A stretch of 64,000 nt of DNA, taken from NCBI GenBank assembly GCA_964016885.1, contig OZ024757.1, positions 9,114,001 through 9,178,000 on the forward strand, in the 5' to 3' direction. Position numbers and translations under genes: made by a program. The stretch's first letter is position 1. Every line of letters begins with the position of its first letter. This stretch comes from Eledone cirrhosa. Taxonomy: Eukaryota. The notes under the pieces were generated by a model. That model had not been told where the DNA came from, ran no database searches, and was given only the letters and a program-made list of their open reading frames with translations. Positions 54,085-64,000 of the stretch are shown here, one piece after another.

Positions 54085-54381
54085 AGAAAAAGAGATGAAA
54101 TCGAAAATGCAACTGGAGTCTTATTTTTTAAAAAAATATATATATTTATTTGGTTCCTTTACCGGTTTCGTAGTTCTTCTGCTTTTCCAAAAGGTGAGTT
54201 GAGATGGAGGGTCTGCGGTTTTTCTCACATCTCATTCTCAGATGTGAGAAAAACCACAGACCCTCCATCTCAACTCACCTTTTGAAAAGCAGAAGAACTG
54301 CGAAACTGGTAAAGGAACCAAATAAATATATATATTTTTTTAAAAATAAGACTCCAGTTGCATTTTCGATTTCATCTCTTT

Positions 54382-54385
<4 letters not shown>
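54085..54385. repeat. Fold-back palindrome, ~147-bp arms, 7-nt loop
   Basis: agaaaaagagatgaaatcg...tttctcacatct cattctc agatgtgagaaa...cgatttcatctctttttct, with few mismatches. Confidence 0.95.
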
Positions 54386-54420
<35 letters not shown>

Positions 54421-54441
54421 TCTTTTTATTTGGTTGTTATG

Positions 54442-54488
<47 letters not shown>

Positions 54489-54601
54489 CTTTGTGTATGG
54501 TTGTTATGGCTCTAGATAAAGTCTATTGAGCCTCCTTATTGAGAAACACAAACATATTTGATGTGTTATATACTCAAATAATGAATCAAAACACATCAAA
54601 T

Positions 54602-54785
54602 ATGGATTGGCAGTATTGGTAGAGGGTCGGACATTATGCTTTGATGCATAGAGTTACGGCCCTTTCCATTCTGAGTTCAAATCCCGCCGAGGTCAACTTT
54701 GCCTTTCATCCTTACGGGGTCGATAAAATAAAGTACCAGTAATGTACTGGTGCTATTGCTGGCCTTGTGCCAAAAGTAGAAACAA
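54602..54785 (+). mobile_element. Second tRNA-derived SINE family
   Basis: tggcagtattggtagag ... gagttcaaatccc ... tttgcctttcatccttacggggtcgataaaataaagtaccag. Other copies at ~55425-55630, 55706-55905, 61788-61975(-), 62556-62725(-), 6416, 28154 and 41768. Confidence 0.85.
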
Positions 54786-54885
54786 TTATATATATATATA
54801 ACTCCGGAAAACCATAACTGTTGAGTGCTTCCAATCTATTGTAAAACTCATTCTTTGATTTATTCATTGAACGTTGTTTAACCTT

Positions 54886-54919
<34 letters not shown>

Positions 54920-56444
54920 CACACACACACATATATATATGCCATTATAGTTTGTCACGGCAGGAACACCTTTAATTATAAGTTTACTTGACCATACTAA
55001 CCTGGGACTTAATTTAAACCAGACGGTGTTGTCTCCCTTAGCACTAATCACTGAATTAATATCCAGTAACGTCTGGTTTTCTTCTAGGTTTAGTTAAGCC
55101 TTTATCATTAACGTTACTCTATATTTACTATTATATTTTCGCAGTAAACATAATTATCTCACAAAATATTGAATCTATGAGATTTTGACATTATTTATTT
55201 TGGGAACAATACCTTAACATCAGCATGAGCAGCCTGTTAGGGCCAGTTAGACAGGAAAATGACAGAGAATTCTGGCCAGATACGGACGGTTTAAATAAAT
55301 GATTTAATAAATAACAGCTCTATTGAAACACTACTGTGTTGTTCTGAGATGATTTCAGTAGAATTTCAAATGGTAGAAGGACAAATATATTCTACATTTA
55401 CTTTAATATAGATTTAAACAAAGATGGTAGAATGACAGAATTGGTAGAGTGTCAGATAACCTACCATTGCAGTATTTGTCCTGGTTTTTAATATTCTGAG
55501 TTCAAATCCCACTGAAGTAAATTTCATATTTTATTCTTCTAGGCTGGATAAAATATATTATATGTACTACGGTTGATTTAATAAACTTTGCCCTTCCCCC
55601 ATAATTGGTGGTCTTGAGCCTAATTTACAAATAAATAGAGATTTAACAAGTTTGTTGCTTCATATTTCTCAAAACACTTTTATTTAGTGTGACTAGTGCA
55701 GTAAATTGGCAGTAATCGGTAGAGCGCCAGACAACAAGCTTTGCATCATATAGTTATGTCCTGTTACATTCTGAGTTCAAATCATGTGGAGGGTAGCTTT
55801 CCCTTTCATCCATACGGGGTTGATAAAATAAAGTACCAGTAATGCACTCAGGTTGATTTAACTTTCCCCACTCCCAATATTATTGGGCCTGTGCCTACAT
55901 CAAATACCATTATTTACTGTGTCTAACAACACTCAGTAACCTATACTATCACTACCCCAATGATACCAGCCAAGACAGTGTCTCAAAATTCTCTCTGGCT
56001 TGCAGAAACCCAGGTACCAGTTGCCTCATGCTCCTGGCTAAGGACAGAATGGAGAAAGGGTTAACCTGGAGGATAGTGAGGGAGATGTGTTGAAGTAGCC
56101 ATTAAAACCTCTGGGGCCTCACAAGTTTTAAAAACAACAAAGTTCAATAGAATTTTAAACATTTCAAATACCAATGAAGTGTTTGTGTTTGATTTCTTCT
56201 AACTACTTTCAAGATATCATTACATATGGTGTTCATAACAGATATTTAGATGGGAAATTAACAAAAGTATGGAATCACAGACTGGACAAATTCCTCAAAT
56301 GTAACTCTTTACTTAACAAAAATAGATTGAATTTCAGGAGATAAATATAATTTATTTAATATATTATGAAAAACTGATAAATAATTTACTCAAAAAAGAG
56401 AGATTAAAACCAGGAAAAGCCATATACATTGCATCAATCACACA

Positions 56445-56848
56445 TCACAAGAGAGAATGTTGGTGTTGACCTCTAGTATTTCTGAGACAAGACACAGCAT
56501 TACCTCAGGTGATAGAGGGTCCCTCAATTACATACCACAACAGGGAATGTTGGTGTTGACTTCTAATATACCTGAGACAAGACACATCATTACCTCAGGT
56601 GATAGAGGGTCCCTCACTTACACACCACTACAGCGAGTGTTGATGTTGACTTCTAATATATCAAAGACAAGACACATCATTACCTCAGGTGATAGAGAGA
56701 CTCTCAATTACACACCATAACAGGGAATGTTGGTGTTGACCTCTAACATATCTGAGACAAGACACAGCATTAGTTCAGGTGCTAGAGACAAGACATATCA
56801 TTACCTCAAGTGATAGAGGGTCCCTCAATCACACATTACAACAGGGAA
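56445..56848. repeat. 90-bp minisatellite (~4.3 copies)
   Basis: atgttggtgttgac...cattacctcaggtgatagagggtccctcaattac at 56457/56547/56637/56727. Confidence 0.9.
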
Positions 56849-57079
56849 TTTTAGCTGTTACAAACACAGAAAAAAAGTAAAAGTATTTTGCAATTATATC
56901 ATTAAACATGACTTTAGGAAGACAAAAGTTAGACATGGAAAGGATTTTGATTCCAGTTAAAACATATTTAAGAAATGGAGTCTGTAGAAGTGTTATGGTT
57001 ACATTTTTGATGTTGGTGGACAATAAGTTTAGACTGGGAAAAGGAAGGGTATCTCAGGGTTCACAGTTAAATAGTTTTA

Positions 57080-57305
57080 TCCCCAGTGTGTGTGTTTCTA
57101 AGTTACTGTTAGTCACAAAATATTTCCCACATGTTTCACTGGAGAAAGTCCTTTTTCTGCAATCTGACTATGTGGCCAACATGAGTAGAATTCTGAATAA
57201 AAGATGTCCAACATGTTTCACACTGGAAGTTTCTTTCCTCCAGTCTGAAGACATATATGTTTATTAAGTACCAAACTATCTGTAAAAGATTTCTCACATG
57301 AAATG
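57080..57305 (-). pseudogene. Decayed C2H2 zinc-finger remnant
   Basis: Manual translation across frameshifts: CEKSFTDSLVLNKHICLQTG / QCETCWTSFIQNSTHVGH / ETCGKYFVTNSNLETHT. Confidence 0.6.
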
Positions 57306-58121
57306 AAATATTTAATCATGTAGCAACACCTACCTTGAAACATGTAGCTCACTCTATGTTATCTACAAAATATTAACTTTCACTTTAACATGAGATAATT
57401 ACTACATAAAATATAATTAGATTAATTAAAGTTATAATTAAGATGGCAGGTACGTGGTGTCATTGACAGTGTTTCCTTTTCCGGATGGTGACATGACTTA
57501 AAAGTCCCCTACATAATTTAACACATTCAGAAACAACTTCAGTTATATCAATTCACACTTTCAATCCATATGCTAATCTTTATTCAGATTTGTGTAAATA
57601 ACATTCAGAATTTTATATAACCGTTCATATTAAACCAAAATACATTATTAAAGGTAATAAAATATTTAAGAAATGGAAACGAAAAGAAGAAAAAGGAATC
57701 AAGCAATGTCACTAATGGTAGAGGGAAAGGGACAGACACTATATTCCAGTCTGAGCTGTGATTCAGCCCCACCCTACAGAAACTATGTTTGGAAGGAAAC
57801 CACAGTAGAGGACGACCAAGAAAGTCAGGGGAAAATGTGAGAGCCGAACTCAAAATGCTAAAACTGGAAGAGATGAAGGAACGCATCTAGTGGAGAGATG
57901 CCATGCTGAGAAGGACCTGTACAACTGTTGCATGAATGGAATAGTAGATATAATAATGATACACAAAATATACACTATATATATAAATACTATGTATATA
58001 GTGTATGTGCTACATATACACAATATATATATAGTGTATATATAGAGTATATGCTACATATAGACAATATATACACTATATATAAATAGTGTATATATAG
58101 AGTATATGCTACATATAGACA

Positions 58122-58462
58122 ATCATCATCATCATTTCATTTTACGTCCGCTTTTTCCCTGCTTGCAAGGGTGGGGCGGGAACTGATGCTGGCTTGATTT
58201 CTAGAGCTGGATGCCCTTCCTAACTCCAACCTCATTTACAGTGAGTGCTGGGTGCTTTTTTGCTGTGGCACCTCCACGACCACTTTGCAGTGGAATAATA
58301 TGGACCCCAGTCCTATCATCTCATTTCTATAGCTGAGTAAACTGGAGCAATGTGAAATAAAGTGTCTTGCTCAAGGAACCAACACATCACCTGGTCTGAG
58401 AATTGAACCCACAACCTTTCGATTGCAAGGCCAATGCTCTAACCACTAAGCTATGTGCCTCC
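58122..58462 (-). mobile_element. tRNA-derived SINE with (GAT)n tail
   Basis: Same family as 43162-43539. Confidence 0.85.
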
Positions 58463-59316
58463 ATATATAAACTATATATATACTACATACACATTATATA
58501 TAATGTTGTCCAAGGGAATAGCTGAAACAACTTGGCACCAATGACATTATAGATCATCATTTAATGTCTACTTTCCCTGCTAGCAAGGGTGGGACAGGTC
58601 TTTACAAACAAGGTTGCAGTGGGAGACCACATCTCTCTTACATATGGTCCCACATTCTACTGGGGCACCAGTACTAAAGAGGTCGTCATGTCTTTGACAG
58701 AACTGAAGGGTCCTACCAAACCTTTGTTTGGCAAGAGAAGAAAGTTGTAAAGTATTTTCAAATGTGAATTATTTCTAAAAAAAAGTCATAATTTCAACTG
58801 TCATGAAAGTATCATCAACAAATATTAAAGTTATAAAATTGTTTATATTTACACATAAATGTGGATATTTTGTCATAAATATAAACATAAACCAGTTAGT
58901 GTTTGTAAAATAACACATATAAACACATCAATCTTGTTTGTTTTTCTTATATTTATGGAGTCATAGGGGTGTCACTGAGGACATTTGAAGCTTGATGGAG
59001 CCCTTCACTCACCAGGTTAGAACAGGTGATTTCTTCCAGAGAAGGAGAATAATAAATGTTCATCAATATATATATATATTATTTCGTGGCATTCTTGAGG
59101 TCATTAATCCCCAGCTGAACATCCCTAGACATCTGATCTATGTAGGACATTTTCAGTCATCCCACTAGGGTCTTACTATGGTTAGGTATCCACCACAGGA
59201 GCCAGCTCATCAGGGCATCCATTCTTCAGTAGGAATGTCTGGTATGTCTTGTCCTCGGCTCCCTAGTTATTGTAGTAATCTTCAATATATGGTGGTATGT
59301 TTCTTGTTTGATTGAG

Positions 59317-59351
<35 letters not shown>

Positions 59352-59353
<2 letters not shown>

Positions 59354-59858
59354 GATGCGTATGAAGGATGACAGCTGCATTAACAGGTGCAGAGTTCTAA
59401 AAGTCGATGTAAGCCATGGAGTGGGGAGAACCAGGAAGACCTGAGATGAGGTAATAAAAGCTGACCTTGCCCAATTGTGCCTCTCAAATACAATGACACA
59501 GGACCGTGACCTCTGATGTCAGTTGGTAATACAGAAGACCCGACTTCACACGGGTACAAGCCGAAGCTGAAGCATATAGACAATATCTCCCCATCCCTAC
59601 CCACTGCAAAAATGGTCATTGAGATATCACAACAAAAAAAGCACCCAGCCCACACTGTAAAGTAGTCATGTAGATACCATGGTAAAAAAAGCACCCACCA
59701 CTCACTGTAAATGAGGTTTTGTGTTAGGAAGGGCATCCAGCTGTAGAAATCAAGCCAAAATCAGTTACCTGACCTGGCATTGCCCACAACAGGACAACCC
59801 GTCTAACTTATGCTAGTGTGGAAGAATGGAGGGAAAACCGTGATGATGATGATGATGA
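59352..59858 (+). mobile_element. RTE LINE 3' end with (GAT)n tail
   Basis: Encodes a decayed ...RCRVLKVDVSHGVGRTRKT..., then a 3' UTR ggaagggcatccagctgtagaaa shared with the SINEs. Confidence 0.7.
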
Positions 59859-59906
59859 TAAGTATAAGATAAGGATTTTTCAAGCTTCACATTTTATATA
59901 CTTCAG

Positions 59907-60979
59907 TCCAGAGTGTGTCTGTATATTTGTGTGTTTCACATTTCACAGTGATGGGGTTTATTGCAAGTGTTGACTACGTAGGTGAACAACCAGTGACGAA
60001 TTCTGAGAGAAAGATTTCCCACATATTTCACAATGGAAGGGTTTTTCACCAGTGTGAGTTCTTTTGTGAACTACAAGTGTAGAATTACTAGAAAAAGATT
60101 TCCCATATGTTTCACATGAATAAGGTTTTTTTTCACCAGTGTGTATTCTTTTGTGATGTTCAAGATGAGAACTCTGAGAAAAAGATTTCTCACATATGTC
60201 ACATGAAAAAGGCCTTTCTCCTGTGTGTATTCTTTTGTGCTGTACAAGAATAGAATTACTAGAAAAAGATTTCCCACATATTTCAAACGAATAAGGTTTC
60301 TCTCCTGTGTGTATTCTTTTGTGTTTTACAAGATTAGCAACACGAGGAAAAGATTTCCCACATATTTCACATGAATAAGCTTTTTCTCCTGTGTGTATTC
60401 TTTTGTGAGCTACAAGATGAGAACCTTGAGAAAAAGATTTCCCACATATTTCACAATGGAAGGGTTTTTCTCCACTGTGTATTTTCTCGTGTGAGGATAG
60501 TTTCAGTTTTGAAGAGAAAGTTTTCCTACAAATCTCACAGCTATATTCAGACATATTTCTAGCTAGTGATCTTTACATAAAGGATTCTCACTACTTTTAC
60601 TGATACATTAAGAAATGTAGGTATCGTTAATAGATGCCATGTATTCTAATATACAAAGGATCCATAAAAGACTGCAGAACCCTGCTTTCTTCTTCTACAA
60701 GTTGTAATGTAGCATTTAGTTGGTACAAGTAATAAGACATATGTCGGCGTAAGACTGATCTTGGATGAAGAAAAGGCAAGTGCTTATATATGTGTGTGTG
60801 TGTGATTATTGTGGAATATATCACTATTATTATTGTTAAGGTGAGAGAAGCTCTATTCACAATAACATCCTCAGCTCATAAAACAGACGAATAAGACTTC
60901 TATAGTTAAGGTTCTTGTTATTGAGGACAGTTCAGGTGACAAGAGAATTAATATCCATGATTACAAAAGATGAAGGTTA

Positions 60980-61042
<63 letters not shown>

Positions 61043-61293
61043 CAGACATACAGTGTGTAGGTATGAGAGAGAGAAATAAATGTGTGTGTGTGTGTAGAAA
61101 TATGTGTGTAGGTGTTGTAATAAATCAAGATATTTCACTTCAGATAGAAAAGTTCACAATGCTTGTGTTGTGGTGTAAAACGAAATAATACGTACTTTAG
61201 TTGTCAAGACCAAATATAAAGTCAAGAAAAGTTAGTAAAAACTAAATATTCACTGATTTCTGATTAAAATAATATTTTCCTGTCCTGTAAAAT
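59907..61293. repeat. Duplicated ZNF block, paralogous to 52131-53332
   Basis: Shared 3' flank, ORF and ~750 bp upstream to ttttcctgtcctgtaaaatg; further shared pieces 57490-57780 vs 61495-61553 and 62423-62797. Confidence 0.9.
59958..60554 (-). CDS. C2H2 zinc-finger protein, 7 tandem fingers (fingers 4 and 6 each lack a Cys)
   Basis: 198-aa ORF with CEICGKSF...HKRIH-TGEKP repeats; no effector domain visible; single coding exon unless upstream exons exist. Confidence 0.88.
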   Translation of the reverse strand: MSEYSCEICRKTFSSKLKLSSHEKIHSGEKPFHCEICGKSFSQGSHLVAHKRIHTGEKAYSCEICGKSFPRVANLVKHKRIHTGEKPYSFEICGKSFSSNSILVQHKRIHTGERPFSCDICEKSFSQSSHLEHHKRIHTGEKKPYSCETYGKSFSSNSTLVVHKRTHTGEKPFHCEICGKSFSQNSSLVVHLRSQHLQ

Positions 61294-61558
61294 GTTGAAC
61301 AACCACTTCAATATTTAATAATACAGGTGATAAAACAACAACTATAAGGTAAATAAGTCACCTTATGTTATTTACAAACATTAACGTCCACCTTAATATG
61401 AAATAATCACCATAAAAGATAAAATTAGATGAGGTTTAAGTTGTAACAATGGAGCTGATATAAATGGTAATATTTCACCGTCTAGTTGACACCGGTGTCA
61501 TGACTTAAAAGTCCCCCACATAATTTAATACATTCAGAAACAACTTCCGTTATATGAA

Positions 61559-61693
61559 CTAGCAGAAAACCACCCGAAAGTAGCATGTGTAGTGTGTATA
61601 TTGATATTATACGCAAGTATGTATGATACATGTATATATATACCTGCGTGTAATATCAATATACACATGCTACCTTCGGGTGGTTTTCTGCTA
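61559..61693. repeat. Palindromic element with hairpin + CTAG ends (Helitron-3'-like fold-back)
   Basis: ctagcagaaaaccacccgaaagtagcatgtgta ... tacacatgctaccttcgggtggttttctgctag. Confidence 0.6.
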
Positions 61694-62180
61694 GCATGTG
61701 TAGTGTGTATATTGATATTATACGCAAGTATATATATATACATGTAGATATGATACATTAAATACAATCGTAATTTACAATATATAATTGTTTCTACGTT
61801 AGGCACAAGGCCAGCAAATACTCAGTGTATTACTGGTACTTTATTTTATCGACCCCGTAAGGATGAAAGGCAAAGTTAACATCGGCGGGATTTGAACTCA
61901 GAATGGCAAGGGCCGTAACTCTATGCGTCAAAGTATGGCGTCCGACCCTCTACCAATACTGCCAATCCACCGCCTTAAAGTACCAGTAATGAACTGGATA
62001 TTTGCTGGCCTTGTGCCTAAAGTAGAAACAAATATATAATACACAGAAATTGAACGAAGACTGTTTTACACTGTCTTATGTAATCAGTAACGTAATCCAT
62101 GATACATTAAAAAAGACGATATTATATATAAACTGCATTAGGAGAAAATTAGTGACAGAAAATTAATAGTTTATTGAAGT

Positions 62181-62199
62181 AGATGGCCAACCGGAAGTG
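62181..62199 (-). promoter_or_regulatory. ETS + YY1-like motif pair upstream of the ZNF ORF
   Basis: Plus strand agatggccaaccggaagtg, 1.6 kb 5' of the ZNF start. Motif evidence only. Confidence 0.3.
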
Positions 62200-63491
62200 T
62201 TGGCATTTCAGAAATTTTAAAGAAGTGAATCTTTAAATAAACAAAATATATTTAATCTACAGCCTCGAAATTTAGTAGATAAATTATGTAATATTCATTA
62301 ATTATTTATTCAAAGTAATCCAACTTATGTTACTAATGGGATAAACAATTATAAACCGTACAAGTCCCGCACTCATCCTTTTATTATAGTTTAGATTCAT
62401 ACGTTCAATAGATATGCTAGGACTTTATTCAGATTTGAATAAATAACGTTATTAATTTTATATAACTGTTCATATTAAACCAAAACACATTATTAAAGGT
62501 AATAAAATATTTAAGTATTGGAGAAAAAAAAAACGAATCAAGCAACGAAAATAATTGTTTCTACAAGGCCAGCAATCATCCTAGTGCATTACTGGTACTT
62601 TATTTTATCGACCTCGTAAGGATGAAACGCAAAGTTAACCTCGGCGGGATTTGAACTCAGATCATAAAGGGAGGAAACTCTATGCTACAAAGCATGGCGT
62701 CCAACGCTCTACCGATACTGCCAATCCAACGAAAATAATGGGAGAGGGACAGACTTTATATTTCAGTCTGAGCTGTGATTCAGCCCCACCCTACAGACAA
62801 AATGACAAAGGTGTTACTACAGAGAATAGCCAGAGTCACCCACTACAACATACACCCCACCTCATGGGACTACTTCCTCAAGGGGGCTGCTGTGCTTCTA
62901 ATTTTGAGAAGGAAATCAGCAGTGGAGGTGGTTTGTCAGGCCCCGGTATTTAACTATCTCCCTCTTCTCTCTATTGCAGGTAATAAAGCCTGGGTTTGTG
63001 GCTGCAGTGAAAATGTTAAAGGCAGGGAATGATCCAACCCATGCTAAACCTCCAATTAATTCTGTTACTTGTCTTTTTCAGCTGTGGAGATTAGAGACAT
63101 GTGGAATGATGTGTCTTGCTTAAGGACACAATCTACCTCCCTAACTGAGAATTGAAAACATGATATTACCATATGTTGTATGACTTCACTATACAATAAA
63201 TATGTGTTTGTATACATATATATATTATATATTTGTGTATACATTGTCTCATTCCATGAGAGTAACTTGGTCAGTCTATGAACTCCTCATCCGACCCTTC
63301 TATATGTATATACATGTTTGTCAGTGTGTGTGTACATATGTATATAGAATATTGTCACAACTACTATATACACCACATATACACTACATATAATATTGTC
63401 CAATATATATAGACTATATGTCATGTTGTCCAAGGGAAAGGCTGATATAGATCAGCCCCAGTGACATTACAACTATTATATACACTATATA

Positions 63492-64000
63492 TCATCATCA
63501 TCATTATCATTTAACGTCTGTCTTCCACGCTAGCATGGGTTAGACGGGAATTGTTCCACTTGAGGCAAGATTGATCGAGTGACCGTGTCTCGCTCGTATA
63601 GGACTGTATCTGGCAGTTTTTCTACAGTTGGATGCCCTTCCTAACACCAACCACATTTCCAGTTGGACTGGGAGCCTTTTCGTGATGACACCTACATGAC
63701 CTCTTTAGTTTGGACTGGATGTTGTGGCACCAACATAACTTTACAGAGACAGGGTGGTGTTGGTGGGAGTGGGAGGATAGAGTAGGGGTTGTGGTTGGGG
63801 TGAATATTTGGTTAGGAGGGGCCTACTGACTAGGTTAACTTTACACATAGGGAAGGCAGGTCTTCTCTGTTACTGTGTGGCACCATAGATCTCGATCCAG
63901 TGACATTGTCTTAGAGAGGTGTAAGTGTGCAAGGTTGGATTTTATGTCATCCCAGGTTTTTCTGGGTCTACCTACTCCGTAACTTCCATCAATTTTGATA
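63492..64000 (-). mobile_element. RTE LINE 3' end with (GAT)n tail
   Basis: Manual translation IKIDGSYGVGRPRKTWDD...DRDLW, then the 3' UTR shared with the SINE tail. Confidence 0.8.

Noticed and set aside
45075-56848. CRISPR-like periodicity in the 71-bp and 90-bp repeats
   Set aside because: The whole unit repeats with no unique spacers, the context is eukaryotic and there are no cas genes.
59160-59220. Minus-strand CTGATGAGCT motif
   Set aside because: No intact GAAA or closing stem I.

Overview
AT-rich, repeat-dominated eukaryotic DNA. The C2H2-ZNF paralogs, tRNA-derived SINEs, RTE/CR1/Tx1 LINE fragments and very long (TA)n tracts suggest a cephalopod (Octopus-like) genome; this is an inference. 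The only host coding sequence is a small tandem C2H2 zinc-finger cluster on the minus strand (59958-60554, 52188-52439, decayed remnant near 57.1-57.3 kb). Most ORF-track entries are microsatellite or satellite artefacts. Main observation: the window is dense in type I hammerhead ribozyme (HHR) motifs, all folded by eye, carried by several unrelated short non-coding elements that are mostly embedded in (TA)n. Two are near-perfect tandem arrays with one HHR per unit: 467 bp x ~2.8 at 1.45-2.75 kb and 591 bp x ~4.5 at 31.6-34.3 kb. This is retrozyme / Penelope-pLTR-like architecture and predicts self-cleaved, possibly circular, monomer RNAs. The 591-bp family and an unrelated 318-bp element (7.1-7.6 kb) both use the compensatory U3-A8 core (UUGAUAA) instead of C3-G8. 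Also present: a 17.4-kb head-to-tail non-autonomous Helitron array with higher-order repeats, a 71-bp satellite with strand switches, a ~3.75-kb segmental duplication, MITEs and fold-back palindromes. No activity is demonstrated here; coordinates of degenerate repeats are approximate.
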